From Geosiphon pyriformis uo1 (Eukaryota > Fungi > Glomeromycota), in the NCBI GenBank assembly GCA_016748015.1, contig JAAOMT010000061.1, positions 268,433 to 332,432 of the forward strand: a stretch of 64,000 bases of DNA, read 5' to 3'. Position numbers and translations under genes: made by a program. Positions 1 through 14,091 of this stretch are shown piece after piece (positions within the stretch are counted from its first letter, which is position 1; each line of letters starts with the position of its first letter). A model generated the notes under the pieces. The model did not search any database. It saw only the letters and a list, made by a program, of their open reading frames with translations, and was not told the origin of the DNA.

Positions 1-3000
1 TTAGAATCTTTGGCACAAACAGTCAAAAATAATTAGCAACCACAAAGATCCAAATTTGAACTACACTTCAATTAGTCTTAGCAACTATCTTATCAAAGAC
101 AACAAAATTGTGGCCCATCTGTGTGCTATTATTGTGAATTAACTAAACATTTTTTTAGAGATTACAACAATCCCCTCTTGCTCTTTTTAGCTTTTAGAAA
201 CAATAATAATTAGAACAACAAACTTAACAACAATAATGTTTTCAATCAAAGATTTAATCATGTCAACATTAATTTTTTTGGGGAGGATTTTTTAGTTGAA
301 ACTACAGTTTAACCTAACTAATAATAATTATAATATAGATAAATTAGTAATCAATCTCTCTAATTCAACAAGAAAAAAAGAAAGCCAAGATTGATTTTGC
401 TCTGAATTCCAATAAAGCTTTTACATTAACTATTAACAACAATAAGTCACTAAAAGCAAAAATCTTCAAAAAATTTTTCAAAGCTAAAACCTCCAGAAAT
501 TATACAAAAATCTGGTCTTTATTTTATTGTTAAAGATTTTATAGAAACACTAGTTCATATTACTTTTGGCCAGTTAATGACCTATTTACAGTTTAAAAAA
601 ATTTTCACAAATTCTTAATCTCAAAGAAAAAGACATCTAAAACTAACAAACACTTTTGCCAAGTTGAACTTGTTGATAACAACAATATTACTTTTTTGAT
701 TTGCAAAGTCCAAATGACTAAATACTTTATTAATTTGATCTTAGACAGTAAATTATCTGTTAGTGTAATTGCCAAATATTTTCTTAAAATTATTGGTAAA
801 AAAATTGATGAACTTATAACCAGACCTATAACCAATATACATAATGACAAAAAAAAAAGCTTAGTATAGCCAAAGCTGTCCCTGTTTGCATTAATAACAT
901 CAGTATTAAAACTGACATGAAAGTTTCTAAAGTTAAAAAATACACTATTATTATTGGTAATAAATAGTTTAAGAAAACAAAAGTCTTACTTGACTATAAA
1001 CTTTATAAGCTAATCATCAAATATGGTAAAAAGTCCATTGTGATTAAATGTCAACATTAGACAACTTTTTTAATGCCCAAACAAGATTCAAAAGAAAAAC
1101 AATTAGATGAATCAGATAATAAAAAAAGCAAAGAAGAAGAAAATGAAAAAGAACAAAAAAAAACTGCTGAATTTATTTACACTATTTTTATCAACAATAA
1201 CAAACTACTGAATAATATTAAAGCTAACAAAAAAGAAATTATTGTAAATAGCAAGCTAATCTATTAGTTATACTATGATATACTCAAAAAAATCTTTAAC
1301 AAAAAGCCAAATACAGTTATTGGTAATATGGCCTTTATGTTTGGTACTAGTACATAAGCCATTGTATTCTTCCAGTAATAAATTCAAATCCTGCTTGATT
1401 TATTACAAAGATTAGAAATCAATCAGTTTAATACCACAAGATAAAATAAAAGAAGTACAAAAGTTCTTTGAGAATAAATTATCAAAGATACAATCATTTA
1501 TAATAGAACAAAAAAACTCTTTTCAGAAAAAAAAAGATAGACATTAAAAATCTATTGGCTAAAAACAGTTCAGTTTATCTCAAAAAAAAATAATACTCTT
1601 GTATGTACTCATATAATACAACACACTATTATAATCAAAGAAATTCACTCTATTTACCTAAAATCTTATTAGTCTAATTGTTATAATGACAAGTTTATCA
1701 AGAAAAAAATAAACCAGAAAAATCTTGAATTCATACAAGAAACCAAGAGTAAATAAGCTTTTCCAATTATAGTGGTATCCAAAAAAGGTAAAACTCTATG
1801 CTTTTGTATTAATTATTGACAATTAAATATCATCACTAAAAGAAACATATATTTACTTTCCAAAATTGATGCAATATTAAACAAATTCAATAGTGCTGTT
1901 TTTTTCTCAATTATTGACTTAACTGCTGAATTTTGGCAAATAAAAATGAATCTAAAAAGCAGAAAAAAAACTGTTTTTATCACTAAATATGGCACTTATG
2001 AATTTACAGTCATGTTTTTTGGTCTCATCAATGTTCCTTCTATCTTTCAATACTTAATAAACAAAGTATTTAAATTAGTAAAAAAAAACTTTGTTTTGGT
2101 CTATTTAAATAATATAAAGGTATATTTAAAAACTTGAAATAAATATCTAAAACATCTACAAAAAGTTTTTGATTTTTTTAAAAATGCTGGCCTTAAAATT
2201 AACCCAATCAAATTTTTCTTTAAATGACAATCTACCCATTTTCTTGGTTATCTTATTACTGAAATACATATTAATAAAAAGCATTTAAAACTTTGAAAAA
2301 AAAATTGGTTACAGAACTTATCTTTATACAACCTAATTTGGATCAATCTTTTATTCTTTATACTGATATATCTAGCTATAAACTTGGTATTGTTTTCTTA
2401 CAAAAAAATAAAAATGACAAAGAATATGTTATAACATATACAAGTAAAACACTCTCATCGGCAAAACAGAATCATTCAATTACTAAACAAAAATACTTAG
2501 CAGTAATTTGGACTACTAATTACTGGGATAAATATCTTTTTGGTATGAAGTTTTTAATAGTAACAAATTATCAAGCTTTGGTTTGGCTATACAACAAAAA
2601 GATGCTGGAACATAAACAAATAATTTATTAAATATTCTATTTAGATAAATTCAACTATAATATTTAATATTGCAAAGAAGCAAATCATCAAAATGCTAAT
2701 ACTTTTTTTAAACTTATTATCCAGTAACAGTACAATTTTTTTAAAACCAAATCAATCTAATTATTAATAACTCTTTTTTAATCAAATATGATAATAGACT
2801 TAGATAATTACTCTGTCTTAATAAAATTTCTAAGTAAAAAACAATATCTATTGAATTATACTTGACAGCAAAAAAAACATTTGTACAAACAATTAAATTT
2901 TTATTTAATCTGCCAAAACCAATTTTACAAAAAATTCTAACCACCTCCAAAAAGTTATTAGATTTAAAAAAAAATTGTGATCTATAACATGTACACAAAT

Positions 3001-4960
3001 TTATTAGCTAGATATTTTGAAAAAACAAAAACCATTTAAAAAATATTAACTTGTTATTATTGGCCTATCTTAAGAAAAAATATTATTAAGTACATCAAAA
3101 TCTGTAATATTTGCCAAAAAAAAGGAAATTTTAATTGCAAAAAAGATATTCATTCAATTTCTGTTAATCAACTATTTAACAAAATTGGTATAAATGTTGT
3201 TGAACTTTTAACAGTAACTTTTAATGACAACAAATATATTATTATAGCTACTAATTATCTTATAAAATAGGTAAAAGCAAGAGCCACTTCAGACCAAACA
3301 GCAGTCTTTATAGCCAATTTCATTTTTAAAAATATTATTTGTTACTATAATTGTCCCAAAAAACTTTTATTTGATAGAAAAAGAGCTTTTTTCAATATAC
3401 TAGTGTTACTCATAAAAAGAAAACAGATATAGAAAAACAGTAGACCAATAAGAGAGTAGTAGTTAACATATAAGCATATTACTCAGCAATGTGGAGCAAT
3501 GTCAAAAATCATGGCACATTGCTCAGCAATGTAAACATTGCTTGAGAAATTATAGAACATTGCTTGAGAATGTGAGCAATCTTGTAGAACTCAAATTATG
3601 TATATATAGCAGTAGTATCAGAAGTTAAAAAATTAGGGAAAAAGACTCAAAGTCAATTGATTCGCAGAGTCAATTAGACTCGCAAATCATAATTATTAAA
3701 AATAAAAAAAAATAAAAAAAAAAAAAAAGAATCTTTTAGTTAGAAATCTCTCATTCCCAAATATCGAATAAATAAATTATTTACCATCCAAATCCACTCT
3801 TCACTATCAACACTCCATGTTGATAGCAATTGATACTTAATCACACTGGAACAATAGCTCTTGATTATGGCTATTGATGAATACTAACTTGTGTATTGCC
3901 TTGGCTTATTTCTTATTTTATTTTTTTTTTCTTTTATTTTTGATTTTGTTATTTCTAACTCTATTGAGAATTAATACGCAAAGTACTGATGTCAAAATAT
4001 AGCACTGGTAAAAGACCCAAGAATAAGGGTAGAACACTTGATTGAAGATAGCTTACCAGGAGAAATACCAGCCATCAAGCTGAGAAAAAAATTGATGAAA
4101 CTGCAGTTTTGGGAAGCTACAGATAAAACTATTACAATTGAATCTCTGTTCATTATATAAAAGACTCAACTAAAACCTTCAGATAAATACACCTTCAGAT
4201 ATTACCAACAACAGTATATCAATTGAGCACCAAGTTACAGGTTTGTTATTTGATTTGAGACCTCAAATAAGCACCAGTAACACTGGTTAAAAAACTTTGT
4301 AAAAAAATAGGAATATATTATAAACTATTTTTTTCTTATTACTTTTAAACAAATAACCTAATAAAATGTTTTAACAGAATACTGTATGAAACATTAGCCA
4401 AAACCAATAAAAAAACAAACTTATAGAACAAAATGCTGCTTTCAATCTTATTTATTTATAGAACTGTGAATTATAACATAACAAGTTATAAATTTTTTTA
4501 TCTGTTTTATAAATAAATAGCAGCTTTACCAATAAAAACTAATATTAAGACAATACTCTTTGAGAAAATTACAATAAAAAATTACAAAAATATTTTACAA
4601 AAAAAACTTGGTGCTATTCTTGACTCTTTAGTAGAAGCATAAATAATTGTTTTTGAAAAAATAAAACAGTTTCAAAAAAAACATAAAAAAAAAAACATAT
4701 AAAATACTTTTCTTAAGTATTAGTAACTTAGTTTTAGAATATCACTTAAAGAGAAACAATGTCTATAGTAATAAGTTTTTTAATCTGTGAAAAAAATTTT
4801 TTTTAGTCAACAAAGTTTTGAACAATAGTTTTTATATCTTAAAAGATTAATATAGAACAATCTTTAATAATTATCTTGTTTATAGTACATAACTCAAAAA
4901 ATATCACAAATGGTCTGATTAGTTATCTGTTGTGGTAATACTAATCTAAATAATTAGCAA
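1..4960 (+). mobile_element. Degenerate Ty3/Gypsy LTR retrotransposon gag-pol (5' end outside window), interrupted by a solo LTR at 3404-4282
   Basis: Domains occur in Gypsy order. Gag zinc-knuckle remnant CYYCELTKHFFRDY (~125-170); aspartic protease LILDSKLSVSVI (~735-770); RT FITKYGTYEFTVMFFGLINVP...VYLNN (YLDD mutated; 1975-2115); RNase H FILYTDISSYKLG...KQNHSITKQKYLAVIW (2293-2631); integrase from ~2980 (YYWP, CNICQ, CPKKLLFDR, continuing LVKKLC...TNNLIKCFNR after 4283). Many stops and frameshifts. Confidence 0.93.
3404..4282 (+). mobile_element. Solo LTR (879 bp) nested in the Gypsy integrase
   Basis: TGTTACT...AGTAACA terminal inverted repeat; 4-bp TSD CTAG/CTGG. Removing it restores the integrase frame FNILVKKLCKKIG. 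Contains internal (A)GCAATGT-type tandem motifs and a TATA-like TATATATAG near 3600. Confidence 0.88.
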
Positions 4961-5640
4961 AAATTAGGTATAAATAAATACACTATTTCTAAACAAAGAT
5001 ATTTTTAATTAACATGAACAATTATTTTCTGAATTAAAACATTCAAAATGTCTTTTATACTCTTTATAAGTATTAAATTAATAACTATTCAAATGCTATT
5101 TTGATTATTAAAAAACAGACCATTATAATTGATAATAATAGAATACATACTGTTATTAGACCAAAAAAAACCACTACCAGAAAAGAAAAAATTGATAGCA
5201 AAATAAATAAATATTTACTAAAAAGTATAACAGCAGTAATACTTTTACTTTTCATTATAATTAAAAAAACAATTAAGAAAATTTTGCCTATAAACAAAAA
5301 CTTGTCATATAAAAGACAATTAAAACTCTATGGTTATCTTAATAAAATCATAGAAAATATAAAACTCTTAAAAAAACAACTTTAAAAATACAAGTAAAAA
5401 TTTTGGATATTATATAATTAGATATTCCAAGAGTTTTGACCATTGTTAAAAGAACCAAAACTCTTATACAAAGATTTGATCTCTTAGATACAAAACTTAT
5501 TTTGTTTTAAGTATTATATATTTTATTTACAAAAAAATTCAACAAACTAGTTAGCTTTGAATTAAATAAAACTCTTCAAATAGAATACCTTATAAATAAT
5601 TTGATTTTACTCAAGCTCAATCTCTTTAGAAAAAATAATA

Positions 5641-5960
5641 ATATGATTAAAACTTATACTTTTATTAATTATTACATGTATTAACCACTAATATTATATA
5701 ATTAGCCATCTTATTTTTAGATAGTAATTAATAACTTAATTGTTAATCTGATTATTGACCTAGTTATTAACTTAATTGTTGACTATTTTTAATAGCTATA
5801 TAAGCAATAAATCTCTTAGCTATAGAAAAGTATGTATAAATCAATAAAAACAAAAAAATAAAATAACAACTCTTCTTTTCTTACTAATTTTTTTTTCTTT
5901 ATCTTTAAGTATCTGAACATTTTAAAATAAAAAATTACTTGTTAATATTTAATTACTTTT
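5641..5960 (+). repeat. Probable decayed 3' LTR of the Gypsy element
   Basis: Follows a purine-rich tract (TTTAGAAAAAATAATAA, possible mutated PPT), has short degenerate tandem repeats at 5725-5785 and TATATAAG at ~5796. Right boundary uncertain; no 5' LTR in the window for comparison. Confidence 0.35.
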
Positions 5961-7807
5961 TTTCTAACTTGAATTATTGTAGTATTTAAAAATTATTGAA
6001 TTCTAAGAGTGCTGATGTAAGACATAAAATTATACTAGTGTGTTATTATTTGTTAACAGTATAGATTATCTTTCTACTTTCAGATTTTTCAATTATCTTT
6101 TGAAAAAAATAGTGACTAAAATATTTTATAAGACTGATCTTATATATTAAATTCATAATTATTCAATTTGTTTTTTGAAGTTAAAATCTCTTTGATTAAT
6201 TCTATTACTCTACAATCCTGTTTTTTTTGTTATCTGTTAGCTTATTATTCTAATTTGTAATAATACTATTAGTTTAATATTTATAAAAATTCTTTTTATT
6301 TAATTTATTTAATTAATATTTTTTTAAAAAATTAAATTAAAACTTTAAATATTTTATTAACTAAGTTATTATTTAAATTGTTAAAATATTTTTTAATTTT
6401 ATATTTAAATTTATTATTATTAATTTTGGTTTTTTTTCATTTTAATTAATAAGTATTTTAGAAATTAAATTAAAAATAAAAAAATAAAAAACTTTTTTCT
6501 TTTCTATGTCTAAATTCTCCAAAAAGCAGTTTTTGAAAAAAAAAGTTTTTTGTTTTTACTGTTTTTTTTAGTATTACTACTTTCAACATTTTATAAGCTA
6601 ATAATTTTTTTGTGATAGATCTAATAACTGCTTCTGATAGCAATATGTTTAAAAAAAAGACACTCAAAGATGTTTTTCATAAACCAGTTAGGAGTTTTTT
6701 TTTTCAGAAAAAATATATTTTTGTATGCAATATTAAATACTTTGGTAATGAAAATAATATTTAAGTAAATTCGATTCTGGTAGTGGTATATATTTAGACA
6801 TAAATAGTAAATCTAATAATAGTAAAAATAATAATCTTTTAATAAACAGTATTAGTAGTGGTTTTCTTGGTTCAATGATAACAATCTAAGGCTAAAAATA
6901 TTAATACTGGTTTGGAATATAACTTTTCTATTGGTAAAATCGATTTTGGCATAGATAAAGATAAAAAATCTTTTTTTTCTCTTTTTAACATATCTCTAAA
7001 TAAAAGATAAATTAATCTTAAAATTGTAAAAACTCAAATAAAAGTAGTTGTTAAGAAATTTTTTACTTTAAATATTAAATTTTTAGCTATAGAAAAGAAG
7101 TCAACAACAGCAAAAATTCAAGTAATTAAAAAACTTTTTTTAACAATTAATAATTTTGAAAAGGTTATTATCTCTTCAAAATTTAAGAAAATCATTAGAT
7201 TAACATTTGTTTTAAAAAAAGTATAAATAAGACTGCATTATTGATTATAGAAAAAAAATCAATGTAAATAATAATCTTAAGAAACAAAAAATGCACTCAG
7301 ATTGGACTGTAATAATCAAAAAAATTCTTATAAATACACTAAAAGAAATAATTATTACTGTAGTATCTGAGTATAGCCAAATTGTATTAATCAAATTGCA
7401 ATTCATTGGGCTGTGGCAAAAGACTGTAATAGAGTTTGCTAAATCAGAACAGACAAATTAATTAATAGCAAAATAATTTTTTTTTGATTAGAAAAAATTT
7501 TGTGTACATAGCCAGAGCCATAGAAAATCATAATATTTGAATAATAAGAGATTAATTTAGAATGTTTTTATTTACTTTGTCAATAAAAACAACCACTTAT
7601 AATCTAAATACTTTATTAAACAGAGCTAGTAGAAAAACTTGTATCATTAATTGATTATTCAAGACTGGTAACAAAATTTACTGTACTATAGTTGGCTTTG
7701 AATTTAATAAAAAACTAAAATTTGCTTTTTACATAGAACCAATTTTTAGTGATATTAAACTTTTTTAAACAAGACTTAATATAATTTATTGTAAAAAATA
7801 TGAGCAT

Positions 7808-8650
7808 TGTTATTCCTAAAAATTAAGGATTATAATAATAAATAAAATAGCCAATTAGAAATAAATATAGTAAAAAAAAAAATTCTAGAATTTCAGAATT
7901 TTTCTTAAGGAATTACAAGATTTAAAAATTCCAGAATATTAGGATTCTTTTTAAAAAAATTGAAAAATTTTAAAAAATCTTATATAATATGAATTAGCTA
8001 TATATAGTAAGAGTATTAGAAACAAAAAAAGTATTTGAAACTTAGACAAAACAGTAGCTAAAAAATAACTACTTATTTTATTATTCTCTTTTTAAAAGAT
8101 AGTTTTCTATAACTTGAAGTAAAATTATTCTTATATCAATAAAATTATCTATTATTATCTAATCCATATTATTATCACTTAATTAAAGAAATATTAATTA
8201 CTTCTATATTATTAATACTCTATGTTAATAAAATCTAATACTTAATTATACTAAATTAATAGCTTTTAATTATAATTATTAATAAAATACTAATTTTTTT
8301 TTATTTTTTTTATTTTTTTTTGTTTTATTTTTTTGTTATTTATTAATTGATTAAAAAAATTAAGTGCTAAGTATTTAACATCAAAAATAATTTGGTAAAA
8401 AACCTGAAAACAAGGATAAAAAACTTAAAAATAGTTTATTAAAAGGGCACAACTGCCAGAATAAACCAGTTACCATGCTAAAAAAAAATTTACAGAAAAA
8501 ACTATTAATTAAATCTCTGTTTATTATACAAAAAACTTATCAAAACTTTCAAACTCCAAAACCTTTAGAAATTACCAACATTTCTAGTTATTAAGCACTA
8601 AATTACAGATTTGTTATTTGTTTTTACATTCCAAATAATTACCTATAACA
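7808..8650 (+). mobile_element. Solo LTR (843 bp) nested in LINE ORF1
   Basis: TGTTA...TAACA termini; TSD GCAT/GTGT. Its 3' ~630 bp aligns by eye with the elements at 14092-14972 (reverse) and 3404-4282. Confidence 0.85.
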
Positions 8651-11600
8651 GTGTCTTAAATATAATTCTTTAAGTTTATCAGTTTTTATTCCAAGAAAAA
8701 TATATAAGAAGTTTGTCTTAAATAAAAATTATGTTCAGTTGGTCTATTTATATCTAAAAAAAAATGTTCCAATTATTTGTTTTGTTGTTTTTAGTAATAA
8801 ATTCTGAGTACAGATAGTCTTTTTAGTAGTTGTTTTTATTAGTGTTTGTTCTAGTTTTTTTCTTAAATCTTCTCTATCTGGTGGCTTTTATCTTGACAGT
8901 ATTTTTTTTAATTCTTAAAACATGTCTTCTTTTAATAATCAGCTAGCTTCTTTAGAATGTTTTTTTAAAGTTATTAATAGATTAAGTATTGATAATTATA
9001 TGCAAATTAGATAAGATAGATTTGGTGTTTTTTGTGTCTGCTCTTGTTTCTCCTATTTTAATAGATTTTTCAGTTCTAAATATGAGTTTGGCTTCAAATC
9101 TGGTTATAAATACTTTCTTATTAATATTTTTTTCATAAACTCTAACATAATATTGAATAATTTACAAATCTTACTTCTTTCTTATTTATTAGTAATAGTT
9201 AGAGTTTCAGTATTAAATTTAAGCAGTTCTAAGATCTTGACTACTAAGATTGGAAGTCTAAAATCTAAGATAATCACTTTTAAAGTGTTTATTAGTTCAG
9301 TTTTAAATAAATTAGATTAGTTGTATGCTAACTTAGACTCTTAAAATCTTTTTTATATCAATAACCAGCTTTGTTTGAAAGTTTGTAATCTGTAATATTA
9401 AAAAAATAAACAATATAACTAAACAAAATAATGTCATTAGGTAACATAAAAATTTAAGCAATTTGGTTTTTATTATTATAGAAACAAAGTTAAAAAAGCA
9501 GACTAAACTATAAATTAAAGATAGATTTTTGGATTTAAAAGTTTTTGTTTCTGGATTGGATGTGGGTTATTTGGATTTGAAAATAACAGTAATAATAAAT
9601 GATAATTTTATTCAACATATATGCAAAGTTTTTGAGATTTCTGGTTATCTTATTTCTATTTGGTTTTTTTTTGCCAATAAAGTTTTAGTAACAATTTTGG
9701 ACTTATATGTTGGTGCTTTAGCTAATGTGAATTTAGTTAAGTACATAAAATAAACTCATGTATTGTTAAAGCTGTTAATTTGAGTTTTTATGTAGTACTA
9801 AGTAGAAATTTTAATAAGCATAGAGTAAAATACAGTGTTAGTTATAAAAAATATTTGGATTTGAGTTTACATAACTTTTTTCAAATAGTTTTTTTTCAAG
9901 TTTCTAATATAAAGTAATTCAAAAAGAATAAGAAAGAATATTGATTTTATTTTTGTTAGTAAACACTTTTCAATAGCTGTAATAAGTAAAAATGTCAACA
10001 ATGTATTAAATTTCTTTAAAACAGATTATATGTTTGTTTTTGTCTCTTTCAGTTTGAATGGTCTCTTGGATAAATACTTAAATACAATTCAAAAACAAGC
10101 TAACAAAGATTGCTAAAAGTTCAAGATCAAAAATTCAGATGTAGTCAAATAAATTTGCTTTAAAAAATGTTTTTCTGTCAAGATGTTAATGTATTTAGAT
10201 GAATTTATAAATACAAAAAAACTTGGTAATTTGAATTCTATGTAGAAAATATTGAGAATAATAATAGCCAATTCAACAGACTTGATTTTCTCTAAATATT
10301 GGTTTAATGTATTTAATTGATTAAAAAATAAACAAACTTCTAAGTTCTATAAGCTTAAAGTATTAATTGCTAGAATAGTTAATGTTTTAAACTTAAACAA
10401 CAGTTCAGATTTTAATTATTTTATCAAGATTTGGTTAGCTCTTGATAATATACAAGCTTTTAAGTTTACCAGTTTAATTAATAAAAATGCTAGTTTTATA
10501 AAAATTTTTAAACACTTATCAGTAGTCACAAAATGTTATTAAAAATTCCAATACAATAAAGCAAAATTGGCTAAGAGCAAATCTATTAAAAAGACAATTG
10601 AAAGATGCATAAAAAATTTTAGTTTAAATAAAAAAAGTATAATAAAAAGTGTTTTAAAACAAACTTTTTGTAAAATAGTGCTTGATCATTTGGTCATTGA
10701 AAATAACTTAATTTTAGAACCAAATAATGTGAAGTTTAAGATAGATAAAATTATAGTGGATTGGACAAAGAAGCAAAAAGTACATAAAATAATACCAAAA
10801 TTATGATTTTTCTAATATATATTTTTGAACTATATAAAAAATAATTTTTTTTCTGGTGTGATAAATAAAATCAACATAGATAATTTGGTTTCAGTAATCA
10901 AAAACCTGCCTGATGGCAAAGCTGTTAACTTTTTAAGAATTTCAAATAAACTTTAAAAATATTATAATAACTTAGTATTAAAATGTTTTTTGAATTTATT
11001 AAACTCTTGTTTAATTTATAGAAATATTTTAGTTCTTTGAAAAAATATCTGGGTTTTAGTAATTTCCAAATTCTATGATTGGAATAGAATACTTATAAAC
11101 ACATAGTCTATTGCTTTAATTGAAATAGCAAGAAAAATTTTAAACAAAATTTTGTCAGATTGTATTTTATTAGCTTGTATAACAATTTTTTGGTTTTGAA
11201 GAGTACTACAACTTAATTTTTTATTTTTGCTATTAATTCAATAGTTAAAGACACTTTAAAAAAAAACTGGAAGCTTTAACTAGTTCTTTAGAATATGTAT
11301 AAAGCATATAATTTAGTTAAATGACATTATTTGGAAACTAATTTAAAATGAATTAAAATGTGTACCAGATTTATTAAGTTTTTTGGAAACATTTATTTAA
11401 ATAGAGCCAACAAAATAATAACAGACTTTGGTCTTTTAAATGACTATAAAACACAAGATAGGCTTGATCAAAGTGAAGTTTTTTCTTCTCTTCTTTGAAA
11501 AAATTTTTATGATCTCTTTCTGTATAAAATCAAGAGACTTGACTATTTATGCAAATACAAAGTTAACTTAAAATTTGTGACAAAATCTGACAAGATAGAA

Positions 11601-14091
11601 ATTTAAGTCAGAATAACCATTAATTTTGCTGCTAAAACTTTTATGAATAACATAATTTAAGTTAATAACAGTTAAGCAACAACACAATATATTTTGAATA
11701 AGTAAATTCTTTACAATTAATAATATCTCTATAAACAATAAAAAAACAATTGCTATTCTTATTAATCAGAAAGTTAGAAAACTTTTTTTGCTTGTTAGTA
11801 GCTTACCAATTACAATAATTAAAAAAAATAAATCTTATTAATACTTGGGCATATTTTTGTTAATAAAAAAGCTGTCAAAGCCTAATTTAGCCAAAGCTTA
11901 ATTAGATGCTTAGTTTTTTTCAAATATAGTTTTGTACAAAGTTATTTCTAATAAACAATTTTGTTATTTAGTCTTTTTAATTTTACAGTTTATAATTAAT
12001 TATAAAACACAATTTAATTATATTCTTAAGAATATTTGCACTAGGTAAGATGCTATGATTAAAAAGAGCTTAAAGCTCAAATAAGTCTTCTATATAATTT
12101 TTCTACAGATATATTGCTATATTCATTTCTTTATGATATAAAAACTTTTGGCCAAGTACAGACTAAGAGTAAATTATTAGCTGTTTTAAGTTTTGTAAAT
12201 ACATCTAATGTCTTAAAACAGCTTTTTATTCATTAATATATGAATTTACAGATTACCAGCTAGCTATTAGTGTATTTATTATATTATTTTGTTAGATTAA
12301 ATATTAGTTCTATCAATAATTTTTTAGTTAAAATTATAAAAATTTTCTTATTTTGTGGCTTATATTTTTTTAATGCTCTGTCAAATGCTTTTTGATCCTC
12401 TAATAAAACATTAATATCTGAGATTTTTGAAAGCAAAAAATTTTTTAAAATAGTTTGTTCTCTAAAATACTTTGATATTGCTTTTGTAAAACAGTTATTG
12501 GACAAAAAAAAACATTGTTTTAACTAAAAATGTTTTAGATATTGGAAATATTTGAATTTTTAAAGCTCTATTTTTGTATAGTTTAGCTTAGTCATCTGAT
12601 TTTTAGACAACAAATTGGTTATAGTTAGCATTTTGTCTTGACTTTTTAATAAATACTCTTTTAATTCTATAGTGGCTGACTCAATTGGTTATGCTAAAAA
12701 CATTTTGTTAGAATCTAGTTTAAATTTATTTAATATCTATACAGATAAGTTTATAAAACATTTTGGTTCAACTTCAGTTGCTAGAAAAGCTGCTGCTTTT
12801 TTTTCAGATGTTAATTTTGGTATTAGAATTAGAATTTATGATATTATATTATCAATCTTATTAGAACTCAAGACTATTTCTCTTATATTTGCTTGTGTTT
12901 CTATAAAAAGCAATATAATTGTTAATTTGAACAGGCAAGCTGTTATTAATGCCTGTATTAATGAATTAAAAATGGTCTTATCTAATTTTAAAAAGTGTTT
13001 ATGAATAAAATAGTAACAAATAATAAACATTATTAAGAATAGATCATTTTTAGTATCTTGAATTAAAATCAAAAACCATGCTAATATTGTAAAGAATAAA
13101 CATGTCAATATTCTTGTCTCTAATATATGTTTTTTTAATTCTGTTTTTCCAATTATGATTTATGAGTTTTTTATATATACAAATAATATGGCTTTGTTTT
13201 ACAATATTTATTATTATGTTAGAGATTTCTATAGAACTTTGTATGATATTAAGTAAAAAAATAAATTTAAATCAAAAATAAAAAGTGTTTTTAATATTAG
13301 TATAATAGATTGAAAAATATTTTTAGAAGTTTGGCATCTTGATAAAAACATGGCTTTTGGTTTTATAAACAACTCATTAAATGTCTTATGATTTTATTTT
13401 ATGAAAGCTCTATATAGATATCTATCAGTAATTAATAGGAAATGTTTATATAATATGTTATATTCAAGTATAAAGTGCTTACTTTGTAATAAGATCAAGA
13501 CTTTTAATTATATATTTAGATGTCTTTGTAACAATAGTGCTTATAATAAAATTTTATTTAAGTTTGGAACATATTAAATATTATTACCAAATATTGTTGT
13601 TTTTTTTTCTTTGGTTCTCTAAGATTTGTCTTTTTGTATGCAAAATATTGACTTGTATTCTGCTTTAGTAAAAAACTTTGTGCTTAAAAATTGGTTTGGT
13701 AAAGCTCTAACTGTATTTGGTAATTTTGAACTAACAGATTTGCAAATAGCAACATTTGTAAAAAACTTAATATTAATTTACAGATCCAAAATATAATGTT
13801 ACAAATCTAAATATAGAGCTAATATGAATAAAAAAAGCATAATAATTGCTAATAATAGTGTAGTTTCTTAAAACCTCAAAAGCATAGACAAATTGAGTAA
13901 CAGACTAATCATGTTGCTTAATGTAAAAAAAAAATAGAAAAGTGTACTTTAGTACATAATCTAAATGCTTATTTTTTTTAAGTTTGAAAAATAATATAGT
14001 AGTAGTGGCTGGTTTTTAGTATAGTCTTAATTGGTCCAAATAACTGATTACATTTAGCAAATGCATAAATTATATTTAGTTTATAACATAT

